Shown here: positions 1-9,682 of the stretch, one piece after another
Layout: every line of letters starts with the position of its first letter
Numbering within the stretch: the first letter of the stretch is position 1
Assembly (NCBI GenBank): GCA_937864235.1
Contig: CALMJI010000014.1
Location: forward strand, 5,769-69,768
Direction of reading: 5' to 3'
Origin: an uncultured bacterium
GTDB taxonomy: Bacteria > Patescibacteriota > Minisyncoccia > SW-4-49-11
DNA length: 64,000 nucleotides
Translations under genes and position numbers: made by a program
The notes under the pieces: generated by a model
Told to the model about the DNA's origin: nothing
What the model saw: the letters and a program-made list of their open reading frames with translations, nothing else
Databases searched by the model: none

Positions 1-188
1 TATGTCTTAGAATTGTCTAGATTGTCTATATCTTGCATAATAGTTGGGCTACTGATGTCAAAATTAATAGCTCCAGCTATATGTCCTTGCTGATATTCTA
101 CTTCTGTCCTAACATCTAGCAAGACTTCATCTAATGTTAGATACTTAACGCTTTGTTGTAACTCCTCTATAGTTTGGATTGATTTCAT
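1..188 (-). CDS. Rhodanese-like domain protein (3' part outside window)
   Basis: Manual translation from ATG at 188: MKSIQTIEELQQSVKYLTLDEVLLDVRTEVEYQQGHIAGAINF..., matching the rhodanese LLDVR..EY..GHI.GA.N motif; absent from the ORF track. Confidence 0.85.
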   Translation of the reverse strand, partial: MKSIQTIEELQQSVKYLTLDEVLLDVRTEVEYQQGHIAGAINFDISSPTIMQDIDNLDNSKT

Positions 189-267
189 ACCTTAATGTTG
201 ACTACTTGTATTATAATATGAATGGCTTATTGTTTCAAATAAACCTACTATTATACCGCTTAAATAT

Positions 268-296
268 TGACTTATTTTGATTTTATTGCTACTGTG
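268..296 (+). promoter_or_regulatory. sigma70-like promoter for cfa
   Basis: TTGACT-17 bp-TACTGT. Confidence 0.5.
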
Positions 297-346
297 CTAA
301 TAGGTATCCTTATCTGGGTACTGTCCTTTCACAATCAGAGGAAACC

Positions 347-1540
347 ATGCCTTCAAGATTCAAGGTGGAACAATTTCTGGAAAAAGCAGGGGTAAGACCT
401 AATATATTCTCTGCCGAACCTAGTTTCTATACTGGTTTTAACCATCTATTTACTCTTGGGTGGGGTGATGCTTATATCCAGGAAAAATTCTGTATTGATG
501 ATGAAGATTTGATACATATGTTTACACATGTCTTCCGAGCTTTTAGCGCTTGTATACAGGGCAATGACTATGCTGGGTTCAAAATTTTGAACTTTCATCG
601 TCTTTACAAGCTAATCAATGCCACCCAGATTATCAACTGGCAACGCATCAGAGCCAAGTACTTTGCAGATATTCACTATGAATTGCCACATCAGCTTTAC
701 GTGGCGATGCTTGGTGAGTCTAGGGCTTATAGCTCTGGATACTGGCCCAAAGGGATTACTACATTGGATGAATCCCAAGATGCCAAATTTGACTTAATCA
801 TCCGAAAACTTGATCTCAAAGCCGGAGACACTATCCTGGACTTTGGGTGTGGCGCAGGATCACTAGGTAGATATGCTGGAGAGCTTGGGATTAAAGTTGT
901 TGGCCTTAATATCTGCAAAGAACAGCTTGAATACGCTCGTAAACATAACGATCAAGAAGTGCCTGCAATATATCTGGACTTCAATCTAGTAACTCAGAGT
1001 GTAGCTGAGCTCAGGGATAAACTTAAGCCATATGGAATTACAGAGTTTGATGCTGTGACATTTGTTGGCTCAATTGAGCATGTAGGCTGGAAAAACTATG
1101 AAGACCTATTCAAGAAGCTCAATACTTTGCTTAAACCAGATGGGAGAATTCTTTGCCATACTATTGGCTCATATCAGCCTCTACCAGTGGCAGACCCCTA
1201 TATCATGACCAAGATATTCCCTGACTCACAGCTTGTAGTGACAAGTGAAATTACTCGGGCAACTGAAATATCTGGATTCAAACTGATGGATTGGCACAAT
1301 ATGGAAACAGATATTCATTCATATGCCAAGACACTGAGATGCTGGCTTCATAATTTTCAACAAAACTGGCCAAGTATCAAGCCATATATGCCTCATAAAG
1401 ACAAGGAGGCTTTTTACAGAGAGTGGGTATTTTACTTGATGCTCTGTATCGGTGGATTTGAAGCAGACAACTTCATTAATGTCGGACACTATCTGCTGCA
1501 AAAAATCAACAACACCAGTGGCATTAATATTATTAGGTAA
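347..1540 (+). CDS. cfa: Cyclopropane-fatty-acyl-phospholipid synthase family SAM methyltransferase
   Basis: HYELP..YVAMLG...YSSGYW, ILDFGCGAG SAM-binding motif, SIEHVG, YAKTLRCW. Confidence 0.88.
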   Translation: MPSRFKVEQFLEKAGVRPNIFSAEPSFYTGFNHLFTLGWGDAYIQEKFCIDDEDLIHMFTHVFRAFSACIQGNDYAGFKILNFHRLYKLINATQIINWQRIRAKYFADIHYELPHQLYVAMLGESRAYSSGYWPKGITTLDESQDAKFDLIIRKLDLKAGDTILDFGCGAGSLGRYAGELGIKVVGLNICKEQLEYARKHNDQEVPAIYLDFNLVTQSVAELRDKLKPYGITEFDAVTFVGSIEHVGWKNYEDLFKKLNTLLKPDGRILCHTIGSYQPLPVADPYIMTKIFPDSQLVVTSEITRATEISGFKLMDWHNMETDIHSYAKTLRCWLHNFQQNWPSIKPYMPHKDKEAFYREWVFYLMLCIGGFEADNFINVGHYLLQKINNTSGINIIR

Positions 1541-1555
1541 TTAAACCTATATTTC

Positions 1556-1585
1556 AAGGGGAGACTTCAAAGCTCCCCTTTTCAT
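1556..1585 (+). terminator. Intrinsic terminator
   Basis: aaggggag-acttcaaag-ctcccctt stem followed by T-rich tract. Confidence 0.75.
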
Positions 1586-1658
1586 TTTATTATATTGTAA
1601 ATATACACAAAATATATTATAATATAGCGGTTGTTAAAAATTAAATACACTAAATTAT

Positions 1659-2018
1659 ATGAAAAATTTGGGTATAGAGATTGTGGGTGATCTCAAGGGT
1701 ATTGATAAGGGTTTTTTGGCTAATCTACAAACTGAGGAGCTAAAAATTCAAATTTCTGCTTTGATCAAAAAGCACGGTTTCAATGAACTTGGAGATTATT
1801 ATCATTCTTTTGAACCTGGTATTACCGGAGCGGTGGTCTTAGCTGAATCCCATATTGCTTTTCATACTTGGCCTGAATTTGGTTATGTGAGTTTGAATGT
1901 TTTTACCTGTAATTATACTAAGGATAATGATGAGAATGCCAAAAGTCTATTTGATGAAATAGCTAAAATATTCCAAGCTACTGAAATTGACAAACAAATT
2001 GTAATTAGAAATCATTAG
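1659..2018 (+). CDS. speD: S-adenosylmethionine decarboxylase proenzyme
   Basis: LAESHIAFHTWPE pyruvoyl cleavage motif, VFTC. Confidence 0.9.
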   Translation: MKNLGIEIVGDLKGIDKGFLANLQTEELKIQISALIKKHGFNELGDYYHSFEPGITGAVVLAESHIAFHTWPEFGYVSLNVFTCNYTKDNDENAKSLFDEIAKIFQATEIDKQIVIRNH

Positions 2019-2028
2019 AAAAATTAAA

Positions 2029-2420
2029 ATCCCCCCGAGCATAGCTGGGGGGATGAGTGTTGGGGGGGGGCTCAGATGATGTCTCCAGACACCTGAGCTG
2101 GTGAGGAGGGAATTTTGGGGGATGTTGGATCAGCCCCCATAAGGGCTGATAAAGACATCGCCATGATAGCGACGGACATACCTCCGACAAGGAGGTTTCC
2201 CCAAAAACTGGAAGGGGGGCGAGAGGGGCGTGACCCGATGGCCACTATCTGGCCATTGGGTTTTTTTACTTGACCCCGTCCCTGTACCTTTCTCCTAGAG
2301 GATGAGTTAGACGGGAGCCGAGGCTCCGTCTGGACTCGGAGCACATGCTCTGGGTCACTCACACTTGTGAGGAAAGGGGGAAGTTGGACTTGATCCCTAG
2401 AAGGGGGAATGGTGAAAGAA
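2029..2420. other. GC-rich hairpin-dense segment: candidate structured ncRNA, or orphan 120-aa CDS on the minus strand (2072-2434)
   Basis: At least 7 stems visible; minus-strand TTGACA at 2488-2493 and a hairpin followed by T-tract at 2021-2053. Confidence 0.45.
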
Positions 2421-2575
2421 ATGCCTTCTGACATCAGTGTAAAAAGAGCAAATTACCATTATCATATATACCACAAAATTATAATTTTGTCAAGTTATGA
2501 TAACACAAAGTTTATGCTTTTATTGCATATTTTATTAAAAAGTTTATACTAATACTATATATATTAATAATTGTT

Positions 2576-3721
2576 ATGAATTTTGGGGCAATAATTCGCA
2601 AAGTTAAATCTAGGGTTTTACCGCTTAATCTCCCCTCTTTGATTACTATTTATGTTGATAAAAGTGCTATTTTGGATAATCTAGCAGCTTATAGACAGGC
2701 TTATCCTGAGCTAGAATTTGCCCCTGTACTCAAAAGTAATACCTATGGTCATAGTTTGGTGCCTGTAGCGAGGATTTTAAACTCTCAGCGACTTCCCTTT
2801 TTAATTGTAGATTCTTATTATGAGGCGAGGTTGTTGCGTGATAATAATATTAAGACCCCGATTCTGATTATTGGGTATGTAGAGCCTCAGATTATGCTAA
2901 GGTCTAGATTAGCTAAAATTAGCTTCTGTATTACTAGCCTAGAGCAATTACAGCAAATTGCTGGGTCTAGTAGAAAGCTAAATCTTCACCTCAAAATTGA
3001 TACAGGTATGCATAGACAGGGAGTGTTAATCTCTCAATTGGAGCAGGTGATTCAAATTCTCAAAGATAATAACAATCTAAATCTAGAAGGGATCTCCTCT
3101 CATCTGTCTGATGCGGATAATATTGAGAGCAAATCTGTATCCAAGCAACTCAAAAATTGGACTAAAGCTCGGGATATAATGCAACAAAATTTCCCAACTA
3201 TCACCTACTCTCATATCTCAGCTACAGCTGGAGTTTTGCATACTGATGATAATATTCATAATTTAGCTAGATTGGGATTGGGTTTATATGGTATTAGCCC
3301 AGCTGACAATACTAAAATAAATCTCAAGCCCGCTCTATCTATGCAGACTATAATCAGCGGGGTTAAAAAGATTTCTAAAGGTGATACTGTTGGCTATAAT
3401 AATACTTTTGTCGCTCCCCGAGATATGCTAATCGCTATCATCCCAGCTGGTTATGCCGAAGGTGTAGATAGACGACTGTCTAACAGAGGTCAAGTAGAGG
3501 TCAATGGTATTCTCTGCCCTATTATTGGCAGAGTTAGTATGAATATTACCACCATAGATGTCTCGGCTGTACCAGCAGTCAAACTAGGAGACACCGTCAC
3601 CATAATTAGTGATGACAATGCCTCCCCGATTTCAATTAGCAATATTGCCACAACCTGCCAGACTATCCCCTATGAAATTCTAGTCCATATTCCCGCCCAT
3701 CTCCGGCGAGTGATTAGGTAG
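2576..3721 (+). CDS. alr: Alanine racemase
   Basis: APVLKSNTYGH PLP-lysine motif, HLKIDTGMHRQG, GRVSMN, TIPYE. Confidence 0.95.
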   Translation: MNFGAIIRKVKSRVLPLNLPSLITIYVDKSAILDNLAAYRQAYPELEFAPVLKSNTYGHSLVPVARILNSQRLPFLIVDSYYEARLLRDNNIKTPILIIGYVEPQIMLRSRLAKISFCITSLEQLQQIAGSSRKLNLHLKIDTGMHRQGVLISQLEQVIQILKDNNNLNLEGISSHLSDADNIESKSVSKQLKNWTKARDIMQQNFPTITYSHISATAGVLHTDDNIHNLARLGLGLYGISPADNTKINLKPALSMQTIISGVKKISKGDTVGYNNTFVAPRDMLIAIIPAGYAEGVDRRLSNRGQVEVNGILCPIIGRVSMNITTIDVSAVPAVKLGDTVTIISDDNASPISISNIATTCQTIPYEILVHIPAHLRRVIR

Positions 3722-3730
3722 TATTTGAGA

Positions 3731-4111
3731 TTATTTAGATAAATTGAGTTCTAGCTCTTTGAGCATTAGTGGATTTAGAATTGATTCTTTGATGCATTTT
3801 GCAATAAATTCTTCTAGCAAATTAGTTCCTCTGCTGGTGAGGCTATATATTTTCCAATTTGGTCCTGAGGGATTATGTTTGTCCTCATAAGTGACAAGAC
3901 CAGATTCATATAATTTTCTCAGGGCTCTATATAGACTCATTCTATCTATTTGGAAGTTTTGCTGACTGTATCTGACCATAAACTCTTCCATCTCCTCTAC
4001 TTTTTTTGGCTTAGATTTTAGGCTAAATAATATCCAAAAAGTGGACATACTTTTCATAAAAACTTGTTTCCAACCATTGAATAATTGTTGCTCTTGTTTT
4101 GATAATTCCAT
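3731..4111 (-). CDS. PadR-family transcriptional regulator
   Basis: SLYRALRKLYESGLV...KIYSLTSRG winged-helix signature. Confidence 0.85.
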   Translation of the reverse strand: MELSKQEQQLFNGWKQVFMKSMSTFWILFSLKSKPKKVEEMEEFMVRYSQQNFQIDRMSLYRALRKLYESGLVTYEDKHNPSGPNWKIYSLTSRGTNLLEEFIAKCIKESILNPLMLKELELNLSK

Positions 4112-4123
4112 ATTATAGTTAAT

Positions 4124-5023
4124 TTATTTGAAGAACACTTCTGATTTTTTGGACTCTAAAGCTCTTTCTAAGAAAACTTTTTGGAATTCTGCTGGATTAT
4201 TTCCCTTTTTGTACCAGACATACAGTGAACAAGAGACTATAATAGAAGCTAAAACTCTATAGAATAATACTGCCACTATTGCTAACATAAAGGATAATAT
4301 ACCAAATATCATATAATTATTCCAAAGTGTAATAATCCAATTACCCTCGAGTCCTGGAGTGTTGATAATAGCTGTATTAACATCTAAAGCATAGAATATT
4401 ATAAACCCTCCTGCTAATAAAATAATCAAATAAAGTAATAAGACTGCTATTGAAGCTATGGTTAAATAGGCTTGAGAGAATACAGCATAACCTGCAGTTT
4501 TATTAAACATATCTTTATTGTCTTGCAAAGTTTGTTTGAGAGATTTATCTGGATTATCTAGTACAGTGGCTGGGATAAGTGAAGTAATAGCTGGGACAGT
4601 CATACCATATACCCCACCCAATACTCCTGGTAGCAAGTTTGCCAATGTATCTAACCCGAAGCTAAGCCCTGTATATGTCATAACTTTTGGGAATATATTA
4701 CTTTTTTGAGATTTATGATTATAATACTTTAATAAAGTTCTAGTAATTATAAATTCAAAATAGTGACTAATAAAAGTTCCCCAGATAATGGATATGATCA
4801 AAGCGATAATAGTAATGATGGAAAAACTTCCATTCCAATTACCAGCAAAAAATGCATCTATATCTGCACTAGAATATTGAGATATAATCCAACCCCATAA
4901 AGCTATGATTGGGACTAACATCAGAGTAAAGAAAAATATTGCTTGTAGTATAATACGAGGATTATCTTTGATAGTTTGTAAAGTGGCTTTACTAATTAGA
5001 CTAACCTTGGTGAAGTTGTTCAT
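4124..5023 (-). CDS. Multi-pass membrane protein, unknown function
   Basis: 299 aa, several hydrophobic segments, co-oriented with PadR. Confidence 0.7.
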   Translation of the reverse strand: MNNFTKVSLISKATLQTIKDNPRIILQAIFFFTLMLVPIIALWGWIISQYSSADIDAFFAGNWNGSFSIITIIALIISIIWGTFISHYFEFIITRTLLKYYNHKSQKSNIFPKVMTYTGLSFGLDTLANLLPGVLGGVYGMTVPAITSLIPATVLDNPDKSLKQTLQDNKDMFNKTAGYAVFSQAYLTIASIAVLLLYLIILLAGGFIIFYALDVNTAIINTPGLEGNWIITLWNNYMIFGILSFMLAIVAVLFYRVLASIIVSCSLYVWYKKGNNPAEFQKVFLERALESKKSEVFFK

Positions 5024-5151
5024 AATAGATAAACTTAATTATTATACATATAGTATAATACATCTGGTAAATTTTGTCAAGGGGATCTCAAAAGGATTGA
5101 GTTGTGAGTGGATTTATGGTATTGTGTAAGGGTTGTAAATTCCTTCTAAAC

Positions 5152-5325
5152 ATGGATGATTCTAATTTTGTTTTACTTGGTGAATTTACCCCTGAAGAAG
5201 CTCAGGATATAGCTATTACTTGGGATTCTTTCAAGCAAGATCCTCCTATAAATGGTTTAGTTGCAATATATGTATGCCCAGAAGAAAAAGCTTGGAGAGA
5301 AACCCAGCGTTCATCTGACATCTAA
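5152..5325 (+). CDS. Small orphan protein (57 aa, MDDSNFVLLGEF...)
   Basis: ATG at 5152 follows TTGAGT-17-TATTGT (5097-5125); hairpin terminator at about 5356-5391. Confidence 0.5.
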   Translation: MDDSNFVLLGEFTPEEAQDIAITWDSFKQDPPINGLVAIYVCPEEKAWRETQRSSDI

Positions 5326-5455
5326 AAATCTTTACCAAATCAAATTCGCCCAACCCAGCCCCGGAGCAAATTCGGGGTTGCTAACTTTTTATTAGACAAA
5401 AGTTTATAGGTTATGATATATTATTTATATGTGAAATTAATAAATAATTAAATTT

Positions 5456-6283
5456 ATGAATGATAATAAAAAAACTTCTAAGTCTAATAATACTCCTATA
5501 GTTCTTGCTTTAATTATAATACCTATCCTATTTATATTCGGGACAATGATGATTATAGCTATTGTAATGACTACTAATAGACCTACTCTAAAATTAACAT
5601 TATCTGAGCCTACTAATATTACAGATGCTTCTGCTGACTTTAGTGTAAGTATTGAGGGAGATAAAGATAAAATTCAGAAAAAAGGTTTTGCCTATGGAAC
5701 ATCTAGTAATCCTGAGGTAAAAGCTTCTTCTGGACAAACTAATCCATTTTATGACTTTTTTAATGGTTATAGTTATTCTAACTTAACAGGAACCTATGTG
5801 GAGACTTTTGAAAATCAAAATAATACTACAGCTACTGATTTAATCCCTGAGACTAAATACTATGTAAGAGCCTATGCTGTGACTGGTTCTGGAATTACTT
5901 ATAGTAATGAATTATCTTTTACGACTAAGAAAAGGGTATCTTCAGCAAATGACGATATAAGAAGAAGTGATGTGAGCTTTATTTTAGATTTAGTAATAAA
6001 TTTAAAAAGAGATAGGCCTGATATTTTTAATAATAGAAATGGGTTAGTAAAAAATATAAGAACTAGTGGTTATGGAGATTGCTATTCTTCTACAATAAGA
6101 GATGCTGATTCTTTATTATATTTTGAATTAGTAGAAAGATTGGGATACTCATTACCTAGCGATCCTAACGCAAAGTCGAGTGGATGTTCAGATTACGGGA
6201 TAACTGTAAGCTCCAACAATATTACTATAACGGCTCCTAATGCAGAATATGGACCTATATCTGTATCATCTGATAGAAGATAA
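5456..6283 (+). CDS. Membrane-anchored fibronectin-III protein with C-terminal pilin-like domain
   Basis: N-terminal TM; FN3 motif TDLIPETKYYVRAYA..G.TYS.ELSFTT; pilin-like ANDDIRRSDV...LPSDP...ITITAPNAE. Confidence 0.65.
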   Translation: MNDNKKTSKSNNTPIVLALIIIPILFIFGTMMIIAIVMTTNRPTLKLTLSEPTNITDASADFSVSIEGDKDKIQKKGFAYGTSSNPEVKASSGQTNPFYDFFNGYSYSNLTGTYVETFENQNNTTATDLIPETKYYVRAYAVTGSGITYSNELSFTTKKRVSSANDDIRRSDVSFILDLVINLKRDRPDIFNNRNGLVKNIRTSGYGDCYSSTIRDADSLLYFELVERLGYSLPSDPNAKSSGCSDYGITVSSNNITITAPNAEYGPISVSSDRR

Positions 6284-6359
6284 ATTATCCACATTGACTT
6301 TTTTATAAATATTTCTTATACTTAATTTAGTACTATTATAAAAAATTAATATTAAACTT

Positions 6360-6899
6360 ATGTTTGAAGAATTTAGTCCAAGATTTGAATCAGCTTTCAG
6401 AACCTTTTTAATGATTTGGGTTGTAGGCTGGGCAGCTGTAAATGGATTTAGTGCACTTGGTAGTTATGCTCAGTTTAGTGTATCTAATTATTCTGGTGAT
6501 GCACAATTATTGGAATGGTGGTTCAAAATTATAGTTTCTATTTTAGCCTTAACTTTGGGTATAGTCTTATTATTCTGGTCATCTAATGTTCCTAATAGAA
6601 TTAAAAAATTAAGGCCAATTAATAATATTTCTCTATTTATTGGATTAACTATAGTGTACTATCTATTTCCTACAGTTGCCAATATCTTAGTTGATCTTGC
6701 TTTTAATACAGATAGCACTTCTGCTTTACAGTTATTCGTATTTCAGACAGCTTGGTTATTTCCTAGTATTATTGTCTTAGTTTTTCATATGTTGTATTAT
6801 GTGAACATAAACAAATATAATGAAATGTTGGAAGAGTCTCAAAATCAAACACAAAATCAAAACTCTAATCCTATTCAAGATAATATTGCAGTAGAATAA
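6360..6899 (+). CDS. Membrane protein (about 4 TM), unknown function
   Basis: Hydrophobic segments. Confidence 0.7.
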   Translation: MFEEFSPRFESAFRTFLMIWVVGWAAVNGFSALGSYAQFSVSNYSGDAQLLEWWFKIIVSILALTLGIVLLFWSSNVPNRIKKLRPINNISLFIGLTIVYYLFPTVANILVDLAFNTDSTSALQLFVFQTAWLFPSIIVLVFHMLYYVNINKYNEMLEESQNQTQNQNSNPIQDNIAVE

Positions 6900-6916
6900 T
6901 ATTATAAAAAATTAAT

Positions 6917-7717
6917 ATGAGCAAATTAGTATCCGGTAAGTTAAAGTTTGTACTTGGTATTCCTGTAGCACTTATAGTATTATGGTTGTTAGCATCTCTT
7001 TATTTAACAAGCCAATCTACTGTATTGATCTTTAATAATACAGTAAGTTGGGCTCCTGTTCCTAACTTTGGTTATAAATTAGAGTTTTTGAGAGATTCTA
7101 AAGATAGAGCTATATCTGTCTGGACATTTGATAACCCTCAATCTAATAAAACTATACTTTATTTACACGGAAATTCTGGTAGAATTAATGACTTTTTTGT
7201 TGATTTAAAAAAATATGGGAATGTAGTCTCTCCTGCTTACCCTGGATATCATGAATCAGAGGGTACTCCTGATACTGAGGGAGTGTATGAGGCTGCTTTA
7301 TTAGCCTACGATGATTTGGTCAAAAATAAAGGTGTTAGCCCAAAAAGTATAGTTATTATGGGACATTCTATGGGAGGATCTCCTGCTGTATATGTAGCCA
7401 GCCAAAGGCCAGAAGCTAAAAAATTAATTTTGATCAATACCTTTAGTAGTATAAAAAGTATGTGTGAGAGGCAGTATTCTATACTTTGTGGATTTACTGG
7501 TGATATTCTTCCTACTACGACTTATGCTACAAAAGTTACTATCCCTGTAAGACAATTTGTCTATAAAGGAGACCTTAGCGTACCACCAGCAGAAGGTAAA
7601 AAATTATTTGAAAACTTCACCTCAAGTAATGATAAAGTTATTGTGGAGTTAGATAAATATACTCATACTTATCCTGATTTAAATGAAGTTTTTGCTCAAG
7701 CTGGAGAAGCTAATTAA
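6917..7717 (+). CDS. Alpha/beta hydrolase (ABHD13/17-like) with N-terminal anchor
   Basis: LYLHGNSG, YPGY..SEG.P, GHSMGG nucleophile elbow. Confidence 0.9.
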   Translation: MSKLVSGKLKFVLGIPVALIVLWLLASLYLTSQSTVLIFNNTVSWAPVPNFGYKLEFLRDSKDRAISVWTFDNPQSNKTILYLHGNSGRINDFFVDLKKYGNVVSPAYPGYHESEGTPDTEGVYEAALLAYDDLVKNKGVSPKSIVIMGHSMGGSPAVYVASQRPEAKKLILINTFSSIKSMCERQYSILCGFTGDILPTTTYATKVTIPVRQFVYKGDLSVPPAEGKKLFENFTSSNDKVIVELDKYTHTYPDLNEVFAQAGEAN

Positions 7718-7719
7718 AC

Positions 7720-8385
7720 TTACTTTCCTAACAATTTTTGTTCACTGAGTTTGCGATATGTTCCTTCGGGCATATCGTTTAACTCTATATTACCTATTCT
7801 AATTCTGAGTAAATCTATTACATTATATTTGAGAGACTTCGCCATTCTTCTAATTTGTCTGTTTTTGCCTTCTATTAGAGTGATTTTGACAATATCCTCA
7901 GCTAGTCTTTTGACTCGGCAAGGTTTTGTATAATAGCCTGTATCTAATTTGACCCCATCTCTTAATTTAGCTATATCATTATTGGATATTGATCTATTTA
8001 AGGTAACTATATATTCTTTTTCTAATCTAAGCTCTGGATTTAGGATTTTTTTGGTAATTCTACCATCATTGGTGAGTATGATGAGACCTCGAGAATCTTT
8101 ATCTAATCTTCCGACTGGGAATACATCTGAGTCAAAATTTGTAATATTTTGTATAGACTGCTCACCTGCTTGTGGACTGTGGGTGACTATTCCCATTGGT
8201 TTGTGATAAGCATAATATACATAGTTTTTATGATAACCCACTACTTCTACCTTGTCCTCATCACTGACATCTAAACCTAGTGTAGCTATTTTGCCATTAA
8301 CTAAAATTTTGCCTTCTTGAATTAATTTATCTGCTTCTCGTCTTGAGCAGATGTCTTGGCTTGCTAAATACTTATTGATCCTCAT
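7720..8385 (-). CDS. RsuA/RluB/RluF-family rRNA pseudouridine synthase
   Basis: S4 domain (MRINKYLA..CSRREAD), VGRLDKDS.GL, EGKNRQIRRM. Confidence 0.93.
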   Translation of the reverse strand: MRINKYLASQDICSRREADKLIQEGKILVNGKIATLGLDVSDEDKVEVVGYHKNYVYYAYHKPMGIVTHSPQAGEQSIQNITNFDSDVFPVGRLDKDSRGLIILTNDGRITKKILNPELRLEKEYIVTLNRSISNNDIAKLRDGVKLDTGYYTKPCRVKRLAEDIVKITLIEGKNRQIRRMAKSLKYNVIDLLRIRIGNIELNDMPEGTYRKLSEQKLLGK

Positions 8386-8441
8386 AAAAATACTGCTTAT
8401 ATGCCCAATACTAGCATATTTTGTGATTTATAGTAAGGGTA

Positions 8442-8733
8442 TATACTAGATGAGGTAATTGTCGACAAAAGGGATTATATACATTACTATACTAATAACA
8501 GTAAATTGGGTGGTAATTGTCCTCCTTTGCCTGCCTGCGGTAGGCAGTGAGGAGGTGGCACAGAGTGCCGGAGGTGGATAGATTTCTAGTTTATGTTTTA
8601 TCCACCCCCGCCTTTCAGGCTTCCCCCTCCGAAGGGGGACAAAACTAATATTTTTTTGTCACAACCACTCAAGCAAATATAATGTCCACTTACGTAACTC
8701 GTAAATTGTCTACGATCCTTCTTATCTTATTCA
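8442..8733. mobile_element. MITE-like element, copy 1, with nested palindromic modules
   Basis: Left end tatactagatgaggtaattgtcgacaa, right end ttgtctacgatccttcttatcttattca; direct repeat gggta at 8437-8441 and 8734-8738; homologous to 44675 and 48923. Confidence 0.75.
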
Positions 8734-8774
8734 GGGTATGATATAATATAAAAGTTATAAATAAACATAAATCT

Positions 8775-9614
8775 ATGCAGATTGAACCTGGAACTTCTCC
8801 AAAACATCGTTATGAGTTAATAAAATCTACTCTACTGGTCATTATTGGGGCTCTGATTACTATTACTGTAATCTATGGGATTGACTATTTTAGCCCGAAA
8901 GCAGAACCTGATCCTATAGCAGTAGTGGAACCAGTATCTCAAACAGAGCCTGTTGTGGAAGAAAAATCTACTCCTACTACCACCCCTACTCCAGAAGCTC
9001 CTAAAGAAAAAGTTTATTCTCAAGATGAACTGAATAAAATATTCGAGATGGATAAGAAAAAACCTGGTACTAAATTATTCTATTCTGATAAACTTGGGGT
9101 TGGGTTTACTTATGCTCCAAGAAAAGATTTTCCCGAACTAACTCCTGATACTGTAACAGAAATAGACAATATAATTTATTTATCTGAAAAGGAATCCGCT
9201 ACCCCTTCTAAATTAAAAGAAGGTTATGGGTTAAGTTTAGAAGTATTTACAAAAGACCCTAAAGATACTCTTGATCAGGCTGTTACCAAAGAGTTCTTAG
9301 CTGGAGCTGATTCTAAAAATTGTTTTATTGTTTCACAAAAAGACTCTAAGATTCCTTATGCTAAGAATGGTCCATTTGTTATTTCTGAGATTGGTTATCC
9401 ACCATCAGAGGACAGTGCTATTGTTGGAGATAAGTGTCCCCTCAAAGCTCAGCCGTACGCTCAAACAAATGCTGCTCAATTTTTCTTTGCTGAGAAAAAA
9501 GATTCATCTCAATATGGATTTTTAGGTCTAGGACAAGGAGCTTTTACTGCTGATTCCGGAATTAATGGAGATAATGTTGGGTCTTGGACCGACACTATCC
9601 GCTTCTTAAAATAA
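8775..9614 (+). CDS. Membrane-anchored extracellular protein, unknown function
   Basis: N-terminal TM, Pro/Glu/Thr-rich linker. Confidence 0.7.
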   Translation: MQIEPGTSPKHRYELIKSTLLVIIGALITITVIYGIDYFSPKAEPDPIAVVEPVSQTEPVVEEKSTPTTTPTPEAPKEKVYSQDELNKIFEMDKKKPGTKLFYSDKLGVGFTYAPRKDFPELTPDTVTEIDNIIYLSEKESATPSKLKEGYGLSLEVFTKDPKDTLDQAVTKEFLAGADSKNCFIVSQKDSKIPYAKNGPFVISEIGYPPSEDSAIVGDKCPLKAQPYAQTNAAQFFFAEKKDSSQYGFLGLGQGAFTADSGINGDNVGSWTDTIRFLK

Positions 9615-9627
9615 ATCTTGCCTAATA

Positions 9628-9660
9628 AAAAGAGGGAGCGAACCACTCCCCTTTTTTATT
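9628..9660. terminator. Bidirectional intrinsic terminator
   Basis: aaaagagggag-cgaacca-ctcccctttttt between convergent genes. Confidence 0.7.
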
Positions 9661-9682
9661 TTGATTTATAAAGTTAAATTTT

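Noticed and set aside
2029..2420. RNase P RNA, tmRNA or SRP RNA assignment
   Set aside because: GAGGAAAG at ~2369 is not followed by TCC; no tRNA-like CCA end and no SRP domain IV motif on either strand.
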